From assembly GCA_963668675.2 (NCBI GenBank), contig CAXXMB010000002.1, positions 1,120,001 to 1,184,000 of the forward strand: 64,000 nt of DNA. The letters are read 5' to 3'. A program made the translations under genes and the position numbers. The DNA is from an uncultured Desulfatitalea sp. (GTDB lineage: Bacteria; Desulfobacterota; Desulfobacteria; Desulfobacterales; Desulfosarcinaceae). Positions 18,584 to 27,454 of this stretch are shown piece after piece (the first letter of the stretch is position 1; each line of letters begins with the position of its first letter). The notes under the pieces are model-generated. The model saw only the letters and a program-made list of their open reading frames with translations, was not told the DNA's origin and did not search any database.

Positions 18584-19606
18584 CTATCCACTGCCGAAGC
18601 CGCAAATCGGGTAGCGGCACTCTGCGCATCCTGAGCAGTAGCCGCCATGCCCCATGGCCGTGATGTCCTCCCTGAGGATCTCATCGCCGGCCACCAGGCG
18701 TGGGACGACCAGATCAAAAATACTGGCCCGGTAGTACATGACGCATCCCGGCAGACCGAGCACCGGGATCTCGCCAATGTATGCCAGCATAAACATGGCA
18801 CCCGGGAAGACAGGGGCGCCATAGGTGATCACCTCTCCTCCGGCAGCGCGGATCGCAGCCGGCGTGCAGTCGTCCGGATCCACGGACATGCCTCCGGTCA
18901 CCACGACCATCTGGGCGCCCTCCTCGATGAGCGTGCCGATGGCGGCAGCCGTCTTGGCCACCTCGTCGGAGACCAGTATCTGCCGGCTGATGCGACACCC
19001 TATGGCTTCGAACTTCTTCCGCACCACCGGCCCGAACTTGTCTTCGATACGCCCATGGTAGACCTCGCTTCCGGTGGTCACCATGCCCACCTCCAAGGAC
19101 TGGAACGGCTTGACACAGATGGGTGCATGGGTCTCCCGGCAGATCTCTTCAACCTGCTCTATGGCGGTCTCCTCGATGGTGAGGGGGATGACCCGCATGC
19201 CGGCTACGGCACGCCCCGCGACCACCTGATGGTTGGTGTGCACCGTGGCAACCACAATCTGCGGAACGCTATTGATCCGATGGAGGGCCTCGACATCGAT
19301 CTTCAGCAAGCCATCGTGTTGGGCCACGAGGTTGACGCGCCCTTCGGAAGGGTTTGTCACGGCCAAGCCGGTGCCTGCAGCCGCGCGCGCGATGCGCATC
19401 GCCGCATCATCTTCATGCAACCTATCGGGCCCCATCACCTCCACATAGACATGCTGCTTGCCGATATCGAGAAAAGCAGAGACATCCTGCGGCTGAATGA
19501 TATGTCCGCGTTTGAAGGCCGGCCCCTTCTGGCCCCCGGGAACGATGCGGGTCACGTCGTGGCCAAGCACCATCCCCACTGCCGCTTCAACTGGAATTGC
19601 TTTCAT
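18584..19606 (-). CDS. MoeA/MogA-like molybdopterin-binding protein with Cys-rich tail
   Basis: AVGMVLGHDVT, TTGSEV, TGGMSVDPDD, PVLGLPGC, GHGGYCSGCAECRYPICGFG. Confidence 0.85.
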   Translation of the reverse strand: MKAIPVEAAVGMVLGHDVTRIVPGGQKGPAFKRGHIIQPQDVSAFLDIGKQHVYVEVMGPDRLHEDDAAMRIARAAAGTGLAVTNPSEGRVNLVAQHDGLLKIDVEALHRINSVPQIVVATVHTNHQVVAGRAVAGMRVIPLTIEETAIEQVEEICRETHAPICVKPFQSLEVGMVTTGSEVYHGRIEDKFGPVVRKKFEAIGCRISRQILVSDEVAKTAAAIGTLIEEGAQMVVVTGGMSVDPDDCTPAAIRAAGGEVITYGAPVFPGAMFMLAYIGEIPVLGLPGCVMYYRASIFDLVVPRLVAGDEILREDITAMGHGGYCSGCAECRYPICGFGSG

Positions 19607-19709
19607 GCGATCTGTCCTCGCTATTGCGCTTACGCCAAGGTTGCTTTGGTCAATGTTCACCAATGTTGCTGATCGCAAGGCAGGAGCAACTATCGGTGGC
19701 CCGTGATGC

Positions 19710-20537
19710 TCAACCGCTTTCTTCCATCGCTGCGGTCACCGCTTCCCCCCTTTGGATCCGGCCAATTTGGTGGCCGAAGCGACGAAACCACGTATCCTCA
19801 AAACGGCAGAGGTGACGCTCGAGAAGCTCCCTCTCATCCGGGTCGGCAGCCGCAATGCGCTGGTGCAACGTTTCGTTGGAAAAAATCTGACCGGCCGCCA
19901 GAAAACCGATGGTATCGGCCACTGCCGTCATTCGCCTCTCAACAAGGTCCAGATAGGATCCACCAAAATATCCGGAGAGAACCAACCGCCTGTAAATATA
20001 GGGCAGCAGTGCCGGCACGACGATATCGCAGGCGGCATCACGCCGGTCGAACAGCTTGGAGCCCTTTGCCGAACAGCGCTCGGCCAGTTGGTCGGTCAAT
20101 CGTTTGTGACGCGCTTTGTCGAACGTCTCGGCCGTATCACCGACACGAACCCGAATTTTACGCGGGTTGGCCAGCAAGTCGCCAGCCGAGCTGAATTGAC
20201 AATGGTCGGCATAATGACCGGCGCACATCAGCGCCGCCTCCATCAACCTCGCCATGATCAGCCAGTGGACCATGCCTTGCTGTCGGCTGATGCCGTCGGC
20301 CATCTCCAGCAGACCCTCGATGAAGCGCTCGTTGAGTGCATGCGCCCCCCCTGCCCGATCGAGTCGCCGGTTGATTTCAAACAACGTGGCATCGCCCTGG
20401 ATGACGGTTTTTGGGCCAGACTGCCCCGTAGTGCCAACGACCGCCCTGTGGGCACCACAAGCTTTGGCCGGGGTGCGTTTTGTTCCAGGATTGAAAGTGT
20501 GAGTATATTCCCGGGATGAAAAAAGATGAGATGACAT
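19710..20537 (-). CDS. Hypothetical protein leading the mop cluster
   Basis: Long ORF in operon orientation; AT-rich 5' extension in the ORF track is likely promoter; no recognised motif; start uncertain. Confidence 0.6.
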   Translation of the reverse strand: MSSHLFSSREYTHTFNPGTKRTPAKACGAHRAVVGTTGQSGPKTVIQGDATLFEINRRLDRAGGAHALNERFIEGLLEMADGISRQQGMVHWLIMARLMEAALMCAGHYADHCQFSSAGDLLANPRKIRVRVGDTAETFDKARHKRLTDQLAERCSAKGSKLFDRRDAACDIVVPALLPYIYRRLVLSGYFGGSYLDLVERRMTAVADTIGFLAAGQIFSNETLHQRIAAADPDERELLERHLCRFEDTWFRRFGHQIGRIQRGEAVTAAMEESG

Positions 20538-20644
20538 CAACCTATCCATTTCACAGAGGAATTTGAAGATATGGCAAAATGAAACACCAAGTGGATCGAC
20601 ACACGGTACGTTTGAGTCAGATAGCTTTTTTATAAAAAAACATG

Positions 20645-20670
20645 TCATTATGTCAATATTGACATAGTGA
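20645..20670. promoter_or_regulatory. Palindromic operator TCAt-TATGTCAATATTGACATA-gTGA (ModE-box-like)
   Basis: Perfect 18-bp palindrome 20649-20666 between the mop cluster and modE; same 6-N6-6 architecture as the ModE box TATATA-N6-TATATA. Confidence 0.7.
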
Positions 20671-20855
20671 ATATGACACACTTTTACCGATTTTTTGATA
20701 TTTTTCAATTTTCATATTCTAATATCTACTATAAATAACTAAATACAACACAATCGGCCGACAAGGCATCGATTCCTTGCCCGCTCAGGTTTTAAAAAGC
20801 GGAAAAAATTGGTAAGTGGAAATAAGTGGCAACTATCTGCCAGGGAGGAACGACC

Positions 20856-21206
20856 ATGTCGAAGGAGCAAAACGCTTTTACCATTCGGTCCAAGGTCTGG
20901 ATCGAGGACGGAAAGGGAGAGGTGGTCTTCGGATTGGGCCGCTACCGTATGCTGAACACGATCCAACAGACCGGGTCCTTGAATGCGGCTGCAAAAGAGT
21001 TGAAGATGAGCTACCGAGCGGTGTGGATGCGCATTCGCACCTCGGAACAACGCCTGGGAAAGACGCTGGTTGAGAGAAATGGCAACGGATCCCGCCTAAC
21101 GCCCTTTGCCTGTCGATTGATGACCCAGTTTGAACAGCTCCAAACCCAGGTCAACGACGATTCGGATGCCCATTTCGAAAGCACGATGATTAAAAGCTTC
21201 AAATAG
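20856..21206 (+). CDS. modE: ModE-type winged-helix regulator (DNA-binding domain only)
   Basis: SKVWIE...FGLGRYRMLNTIQQTGSLNAAAKELKMSYRAVW...GSRLT; GGAGGA RBS. Confidence 0.85.
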   Translation: MSKEQNAFTIRSKVWIEDGKGEVVFGLGRYRMLNTIQQTGSLNAAAKELKMSYRAVWMRIRTSEQRLGKTLVERNGNGSRLTPFACRLMTQFEQLQTQVNDDSDAHFESTMIKSFK

Positions 21207-21253
21207 GCCGGTCGGGCTGGAAAAACAATATATGCGGTATCGGGAGCCAACCA

Positions 21254-21469
21254 ATGGAATTTGTCATTGTACTCATAGTGGCGTGCGGCGTGTTCGCCCT
21301 CTGCTTTGCCGTCTTTCTTCTCAAGGGGTGCAATTCGGATGAACCACCCAAGCTCCACACGTGTGGCCAGGGAGGCGATTGCCAATGTCACGGACAAGCG
21401 CAAACAAAGGAGCCGTTCGATTTGATGGCAACCCTGGATAAGGTGAAACAGGAATCGGACAAGAGCTGA
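21254..21469 (+). CDS. Small membrane protein with Cys/His-rich tail
   Basis: N-terminal TM; LHTCGQGGDCQCH; GGAG RBS. Confidence 0.6.
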   Translation: MEFVIVLIVACGVFALCFAVFLLKGCNSDEPPKLHTCGQGGDCQCHGQAQTKEPFDLMATLDKVKQESDKS

Positions 21470-21539
21470 AAGCAAGTCAAGGAAGTTTGCATAAGAACAA
21501 CTGAACACCGTCGCTTTAAGCTGCTTGGTGATTCAGAGA

Positions 21540-21779
21540 TCAGGCAAATATATCGATCATCTTTCCAGTGGTCCGCTCGATATCCACACTGCCGTCCGGG
21601 CCGTAGGTCATGCCTTTCATGACGTGTCGCGAGGGGATGCGATAGAGGCGAGGTCGCTGGTGTTGCAGCTGCAGCTTTGGCTGCGGCGCACTGCGCTGCT
21701 GTTGCAGACCCATATCAAGCACCCGGATCTTGGCCGGGGCCAGTACGGGCAGATAGAGTGCGTCCGCTGCGGCAGTCAT
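21540..21779 (-). CDS. Small hypothetical protein
   Basis: AAGGAAG RBS; C-terminal TYGPDG...GKMIDIFA. Confidence 0.45.
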   Translation of the reverse strand: MTAAADALYLPVLAPAKIRVLDMGLQQQRSAPQPKLQLQHQRPRLYRIPSRHVMKGMTYGPDGSVDIERTTGKMIDIFA

Positions 21780-22173
21780 CACATATCTTCCTTTTTGCCG
21801 ATCAATCCATCTTTCATCGCGGCCTGCTGCGGCGGCGATTGGCATGCATGGCGGACGGTGTTTATACCGAAGAGTACTGCCCTTTTATGAAACTTAGAGC
21901 CAACAGTGATCTCCGATAACGGCGGGGGCCATCACCGCCTCCATGCACCTGAAACGGCACCGACGGGGAGGAGGTTACTGCGGTCCGTTCCAGAAGCTAA
22001 CAATGCATTAAATTAACACATCTTAATCCCTTTGTCGAACAAGTAAGCAAATCCTTAGCATAGAGTGGGGATAATGTATCAAGATGCACTTGATTGCTGA
22101 GGTGCGACCAGGTAGGTTTGTCAAAAATGAGAATGCGGTGCCGAATACCAAAGACCGCTTAGGGGAGTGAAAA

Positions 22174-23292
22174 ATGGAGATGAAACGACCGATAGGGATA
22201 GGGCGCCTGCTCGTGTCCTTTGTTCTGGCGGCAAGCCTCTGCCTGGCCACCATCCCCGGACAGGCAGACATCTACCGCTGGCAGGACGAAGAGGGCAACT
22301 GGCACTTTTCGGACAGCCCCACTTCCGAAGCCCCTATTGAACAGCCTCCTATCCTCACCCAGACGAACCCGCGTCCCGATAAGCATCCATACACACCGGA
22401 AAGCCCCGCCGCCGGGTCGCTCTTGCCGGGGATGTCCCCTGCCAGTCCAAAAGAGGCCCCGCCCCCATCGAGTGCCCCATCGGATACGGCATCCATTCAG
22501 GGCGGCCTGCTCTGGCGTATCGACAGCGCCGGTGCCGGAGAAAGCTATCTGCTCGGCACCATTCACAGTTCGGACCCCCGTGTGGTGCGACTCAGACCGA
22601 GTGTTTCTCAAGCACTGGACCGATCCGAACGGTTTATCATGGAGATGGAGATGGATACCTCCGCCCTGATGGCCTTCGGGGCCAACATGATGCTGACTGA
22701 CGGACGTGATCTGGAGGGCCTGCTGGGCACCGACCTCTATGCCCGGGTGATCGCTGCCATGTCCGATCTCGGCATGCCGGAGATGGTGGTGCGCACACTC
22801 AAGCCGTGGGCCGTGATGGCGCTGCTCAGCATGCCCAAACCGAGTGGCGAACCCTTCCTTGATCTGGTGCTGCAGCAGCGTGCCGCCGGGGCAGGTAAAG
22901 CCACGGCCGGCCTGGAGACGGCCCAGGAGCAGCTCTCCGTATTTGACAACCTCTCCATGTCGGACCAGATTGAGCTCTTGAAAATGACCATGGCACAACT
23001 GCCTGAACTGCCCAGGATGTTCGATCAGTTGATCGAGGCCTATGCGACGAACGATTTGGGGCGCATCGCCACACTGGCGGCCCAATACAAAAGCCAAAGC
23101 AATGTGGAGACCCTCAAGCGCTTCATGCTCCGCCTCAACGACGAACGCAACCGGCGCATGGCCCGCAGAATGGAGCCCTATATCAACCAAGGCAACAGTT
23201 TCATTGCCGTGGGCGCCCTTCATCTGCCCGGTCCGAACGGCCTCATCCAGCTGCTGAGGAATCAAGGCTACCAGGTAGTGTCGGTCCGGTAG
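22174..23292 (+). CDS. Secreted DUF4124 + TraB/GumN (TIKI-like) protein
   Basis: Signal peptide, ADIYRWQDEEGNWHFSDSP, Pro-rich linker, SYLLGTIH, GLET, ERN, AVGALHLPG. Confidence 0.88.
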   Translation: MEMKRPIGIGRLLVSFVLAASLCLATIPGQADIYRWQDEEGNWHFSDSPTSEAPIEQPPILTQTNPRPDKHPYTPESPAAGSLLPGMSPASPKEAPPPSSAPSDTASIQGGLLWRIDSAGAGESYLLGTIHSSDPRVVRLRPSVSQALDRSERFIMEMEMDTSALMAFGANMMLTDGRDLEGLLGTDLYARVIAAMSDLGMPEMVVRTLKPWAVMALLSMPKPSGEPFLDLVLQQRAAGAGKATAGLETAQEQLSVFDNLSMSDQIELLKMTMAQLPELPRMFDQLIEAYATNDLGRIATLAAQYKSQSNVETLKRFMLRLNDERNRRMARRMEPYINQGNSFIAVGALHLPGPNGLIQLLRNQGYQVVSVR

Positions 23293-23537
23293 CCCCCTTC
23301 AAATGCATCCGCAATCCTGCCAACACCTGCAGTCTAAGCGAAACTGGATGTTTTCCAAAAACAGTGCTATGTTCATAAGTACACCCATCCAACGTCCTTG
23401 ATGCCGCCAACGACATCAACACTGGTCGAATTGTGCAAACGCACAGTGGGCATTTCAGCCTTTTGCCTGGCATGCGCAGCATCTTCCACCCTGAATGAGA
23501 ACCGACACCCCATGGCCTATGCCAAGGAGTAGAAGAG

Positions 23538-25529
23538 ATGCCATCGCTTGAAACCATTGTGTCCGGAACAGGGCCAGAGAACAGAGATCTCGCGATGGAG
23601 ATCCACCCCCTCACCCTCGCTTTTACAGGCACGTGTAGGGCAATGGAAAAGCCTTTCATGGCCGACTATGGGCGCAAATCGCTCAAGCAGCTCCGCTTGG
23701 CGACCCTGCTGAGCATCTTTTTCTACCTCCTGTTTGCGGTGTTGGACGCCATTGTCGCGCCAGAGCTGAAGCTTCAACTCTGGGGCGTCCGAATCATCGT
23801 CTCCCTCTGCATCATGGCTGTCTTTCTCTTCTCCTATTCGCGCCGCTTTACGAAGTACATGCAACCCACCATTGCCATCGGCGTCCTGATTGGCGGCCTG
23901 GGTATCGTCTACATGACCGTCATCGGCAATGCAATGATCGCCACCACTTACTATGCCGGTTTGATGCTGGTTCTGATGTTGTCCTACAGCATGATCTGGT
24001 CACGCTTTATCTGGGCGACCACTTGTGGCTGGATCATTATTTTCTCCTATGTCATTGCAGCCGCCCTGAACCCCGATCTGCCGTTGGAAATCGTCGCCAA
24101 CAATGCTTTTTTCTGCATCAGTGCCAACATCCTGGGGATGGTGATCTGCTATGCCTTTGAATACTATATTCGGCGTGATTTCTTTATGCGCAATCTTCTC
24201 AAAGAGCAGCATAATGAGGTAGAAGCAGCCAAAACCGTACTCGAAGAACGCGTGAATGAGCGCACCCTCATGCTGGCCAAGGCCAACGAAAAACTGCGGC
24301 GGGAGATAGAGACCCACCAGCGTCTCGATTGGGAAAAACAGGTGCTCGAAGGCCAACTGCGCCATGCCCAGAAGATGGAGGCCATCGGCACGCTGGCCGG
24401 CGGCATTGCCCACGACTTCAATAACATTCTAGCTGCCATCATGGGCCATAGCGAGCTGGCGCTCATGCAGCTCTCCAACCGCAGGGAGGCTGAACTCTGC
24501 CTCTCGGAAGTGCTCAATGCCAGCCACCGCGCCAAAGAGCTGGTCGGCCAGATTCTCTCCTTCAGCCGCCAAAGCGAAAGCGAGTTGCAACCGCTGAAAA
24601 TCAGCCTCGTCATCAAAGAGGCGATGCGGCTGCTCAAAGCCACCCTTCCCACCAGTATCACCATCGAGCAGCATATCAATGCACCCAACAGCACGGTGGT
24701 GGCCGACGCCACTCAGATCCACCAGATCGTCATCAATCTGTGCACCAATGCCGCCCACGCCATGGACCCCCACGGTGGGACGCTCTCTGTCACGTTGGAT
24801 GAGGCGAACATCGATCAGTCGGAGGTCGGCGAACCAACAGCCTACCCCGGGCAGCTGGCTGCCGGGGAGTATGTTAACCTCTCCATCACGGATACCGGCC
24901 ACGGCATTCCAGACCACATCATGGAGCGCATCTTCGATCCCTACTTTACCACCAAGGCCAAGGGGGTGGGGACGGGATTGGGACTGGCGGTGGTGCGCGG
25001 CATCGTCCATAACCATGGCGGCATCATCAGCGTAGAGAACCTGCCCAATTCGGGCACCCGCTTCAACGTCTATTTACCTCGCGCCAAGGGCCAGGGCATT
25101 CCCGAAACCCAACAACTTCAAATCCTGCGTCAGGGAAAAGAGAAGATACTACTGGTGGATGACGAGGAGGGGCTGGCCGAGCTGGGCGCCAAACTACTTA
25201 CCGCCCTCGGCTACCGGGTAGCCTCCCACACCGAACCGGAAAAAGCGCTGGCATCCTTTAGGGAAGATGTGCAAGGATTTGACCTGGTGATCACCGACAT
25301 GGTCATGCCAAGGATGAGCGGTGAAGTGCTGGCCAAGGAGATTATCGCCCTTCGACCGGACATGCCGATCATCGTCTATACCGGTTACACCAACATGGTG
25401 GCCGCCGACAAGATCCGCCAGATGGGCGTCAGGGCCGTATTGCGCAAACCGATCACCATCTACGGCCTCTCCCAGGCGATCCAGAAGGTCCTCACGAAAC
25501 CGGCCGCCGAGCCACGGCAAAAAGATTGA
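23538..25529 (+). CDS. Membrane-bound hybrid histidine kinase/receiver with ~6TM sensor
   Basis: ~6 TM; QKMEAIGTLAGGIAHDFNN, NLCTNA, DTGHGI, PYFTTK, GTGLGL; receiver ILLVDDE...ITD...KP. Confidence 0.92.
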   Translation: MPSLETIVSGTGPENRDLAMEIHPLTLAFTGTCRAMEKPFMADYGRKSLKQLRLATLLSIFFYLLFAVLDAIVAPELKLQLWGVRIIVSLCIMAVFLFSYSRRFTKYMQPTIAIGVLIGGLGIVYMTVIGNAMIATTYYAGLMLVLMLSYSMIWSRFIWATTCGWIIIFSYVIAAALNPDLPLEIVANNAFFCISANILGMVICYAFEYYIRRDFFMRNLLKEQHNEVEAAKTVLEERVNERTLMLAKANEKLRREIETHQRLDWEKQVLEGQLRHAQKMEAIGTLAGGIAHDFNNILAAIMGHSELALMQLSNRREAELCLSEVLNASHRAKELVGQILSFSRQSESELQPLKISLVIKEAMRLLKATLPTSITIEQHINAPNSTVVADATQIHQIVINLCTNAAHAMDPHGGTLSVTLDEANIDQSEVGEPTAYPGQLAAGEYVNLSITDTGHGIPDHIMERIFDPYFTTKAKGVGTGLGLAVVRGIVHNHGGIISVENLPNSGTRFNVYLPRAKGQGIPETQQLQILRQGKEKILLVDDEEGLAELGAKLLTALGYRVASHTEPEKALASFREDVQGFDLVITDMVMPRMSGEVLAKEIIALRPDMPIIVYTGYTNMVAADKIRQMGVRAVLRKPITIYGLSQAIQKVLTKPAAEPRQKD

Positions 25530-27003
25530 CGCCCTCCTCCTCGGAGACGATCTCCACCTTCCCCCTGAACGGCGAATCGTCAAAAAGCGCACTGAGTTGC
25601 GCTTCATCCCGATAGATCAGACGCCAGTACATCAGCTGGTCCATTAACAGCCGGTCGGGATTGGCAGGGGCGAAATTGCCGATAATAAGTGCGCCACCGG
25701 GCTTCAGGTGCTCATAACAACGTCGGATCAGTGCAGCGATCACGCGTTGATCCAGGTAGTCGCATAGGCCGGAAGAGTAAATGATGTCTTGGGGGCCGAA
25801 ATCTTGCTTGATACGACCTATCGCCCATTTAATTACGTTCTCGCGCATGAAACGAAGTGCTGCCCGGTGATCGAAGGTGTTGACCTGCTGGTTGGCGTAT
25901 TGCAGCGCCTCCGCATCGATATCGATACAGAGGGCGTTGATCTTTTCGCTGTATCCGCCCTGGCCGATCAGATCGAACAGCTCGCGGCAGGGGCCGCAGG
26001 CCAGATTCATGATGTGGATCGAATCGACCTCCTCCAAGCGCTCACGGCACAACCGATCCAGCATCCCGTGCAGCAACCGGCGGCGGCCACGCACCGCCCG
26101 GGCCGGCACCTGCTCAAGCAGCCACCCGTCGATCAAGTGCCCCAGCTTTCCGTCGCCTTCTGCCTGGTTTCGATAGATCAACTCGATCATGTAATAATCA
26201 CCGGCATACCCTTTGGGCTTGTAATAGGCGCGCTCGAAAAACCGGCTGCGCACCAGGTAGGGGAACACCTCCTTGAACACGTAGCCCCAGATCAGATCAT
26301 CGCCCCCCTTATCCTGCAACAGCGCTGCCGCCGCCCTCATCTTTTCGAAGAATGAATTGAGGATCGTCTCCCCTTCATCTTTGAGTTTGGGTGAAATCTC
26401 AAGCCCGGCTTCACCCTGCAACCGGTAGCCGACATCGAACATGCGCGCCTTGAACGCCTCGAGCTCCTGGTTGATCTGTTGCCAGCCCGAAGAGCCCAGC
26501 AAATCCGCCGGAAGCTGCTGCATGCCTTTAAAATGCTCTTTTCCGGTCGACAAGGCGGCCGCATAAGCGGTCAGAGGCCCCCTGTCAGAGAGCACCTGGC
26601 GGAACCGGGCACACACCGAACGCAGCACATACTCCAAAAAGCGGGCATAGAGGTCCAGGTTGTCGGATCGTAACCGTGCCATGGTCTGTTGGTCGAAGAT
26701 GCGCAGCCGCACCTCATCCGTTGTCTTGATATTGCGGGTGCGTGTCAACTGATCAAAGAAGCCGATCTCTCCGAAGAAGGAGCCGGGACCGATCAGGGCC
26801 ACCACGATGGGGGTCTGGTTGGAGGTGTAGGAGACCTCCAGAGTGCCCTCCTCTACATAATAAAAGCACTCCGCGGCCGCGCCCATCGAGATCAGGTCGG
26901 TACCATTACTGAATTGCTGCAGCTCGCCATAGGGTAACACCGCCTCGACCAGTTCCTGATCTTCAAAGGAGAAAGAGGTGTCCGCACTCTGTAGGGTTGC
27001 CAT
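25492..27003 (-). CDS. cNMP-binding domain + PhcB-like SAM methyltransferase
   Basis: FYYVEEG...GPGSFFGEIGF...TRTRN (cNMP); RAYYKPKGYAGDY, RAVRGRR, NLACGPCRE, YSSGLCDYL, LKPGGALIIGNF...WRLIYR. Confidence 0.75.
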   Translation of the reverse strand: MATLQSADTSFSFEDQELVEAVLPYGELQQFSNGTDLISMGAAAECFYYVEEGTLEVSYTSNQTPIVVALIGPGSFFGEIGFFDQLTRTRNIKTTDEVRLRIFDQQTMARLRSDNLDLYARFLEYVLRSVCARFRQVLSDRGPLTAYAAALSTGKEHFKGMQQLPADLLGSSGWQQINQELEAFKARMFDVGYRLQGEAGLEISPKLKDEGETILNSFFEKMRAAAALLQDKGGDDLIWGYVFKEVFPYLVRSRFFERAYYKPKGYAGDYYMIELIYRNQAEGDGKLGHLIDGWLLEQVPARAVRGRRRLLHGMLDRLCRERLEEVDSIHIMNLACGPCRELFDLIGQGGYSEKINALCIDIDAEALQYANQQVNTFDHRAALRFMRENVIKWAIGRIKQDFGPQDIIYSSGLCDYLDQRVIAALIRRCYEHLKPGGALIIGNFAPANPDRLLMDQLMYWRLIYRDEAQLSALFDDSPFRGKVEIVSEEEGVNLFAVARRPVS

Positions 27004-27454
27004 ATTGAGTCCTTTCGCTCTCGACGGTCGTTCACATAGAAGCAACAGGTTATACTGTATAGTAGCGACAAAGGGTAATGTATATAGCAGGCAGCTTTAA
27101 TGAAATGGTCTTCAAACCACTTTTTAATGATGAACAATGGGGAATGCAAAAAGGTATGGATGTCAGGCACGATGAAAAAGCGATAACACTCCCAAAACTA
27201 TTGTGGCTGGTTCGTCCATGCCAATGACCTATTATTTATACTGAAACCAACTGTCAGGTCAATGGTGGTGGAACTGGAAGTGCGCAGAGGTTGCCCTTTT
27301 ATTCACTTTCAAAATACGTTATAGCACTCTCCACGAAGCGGCACCTGCCACTTACACCACAAGTTCTTATTTTGAACGCCTACTCTCACACGTTGCATTG
27401 ATGATATAGGTTGTCTGTCCGGTGGGCACCCCAACCATAGCCAAGGAGAGAGAT

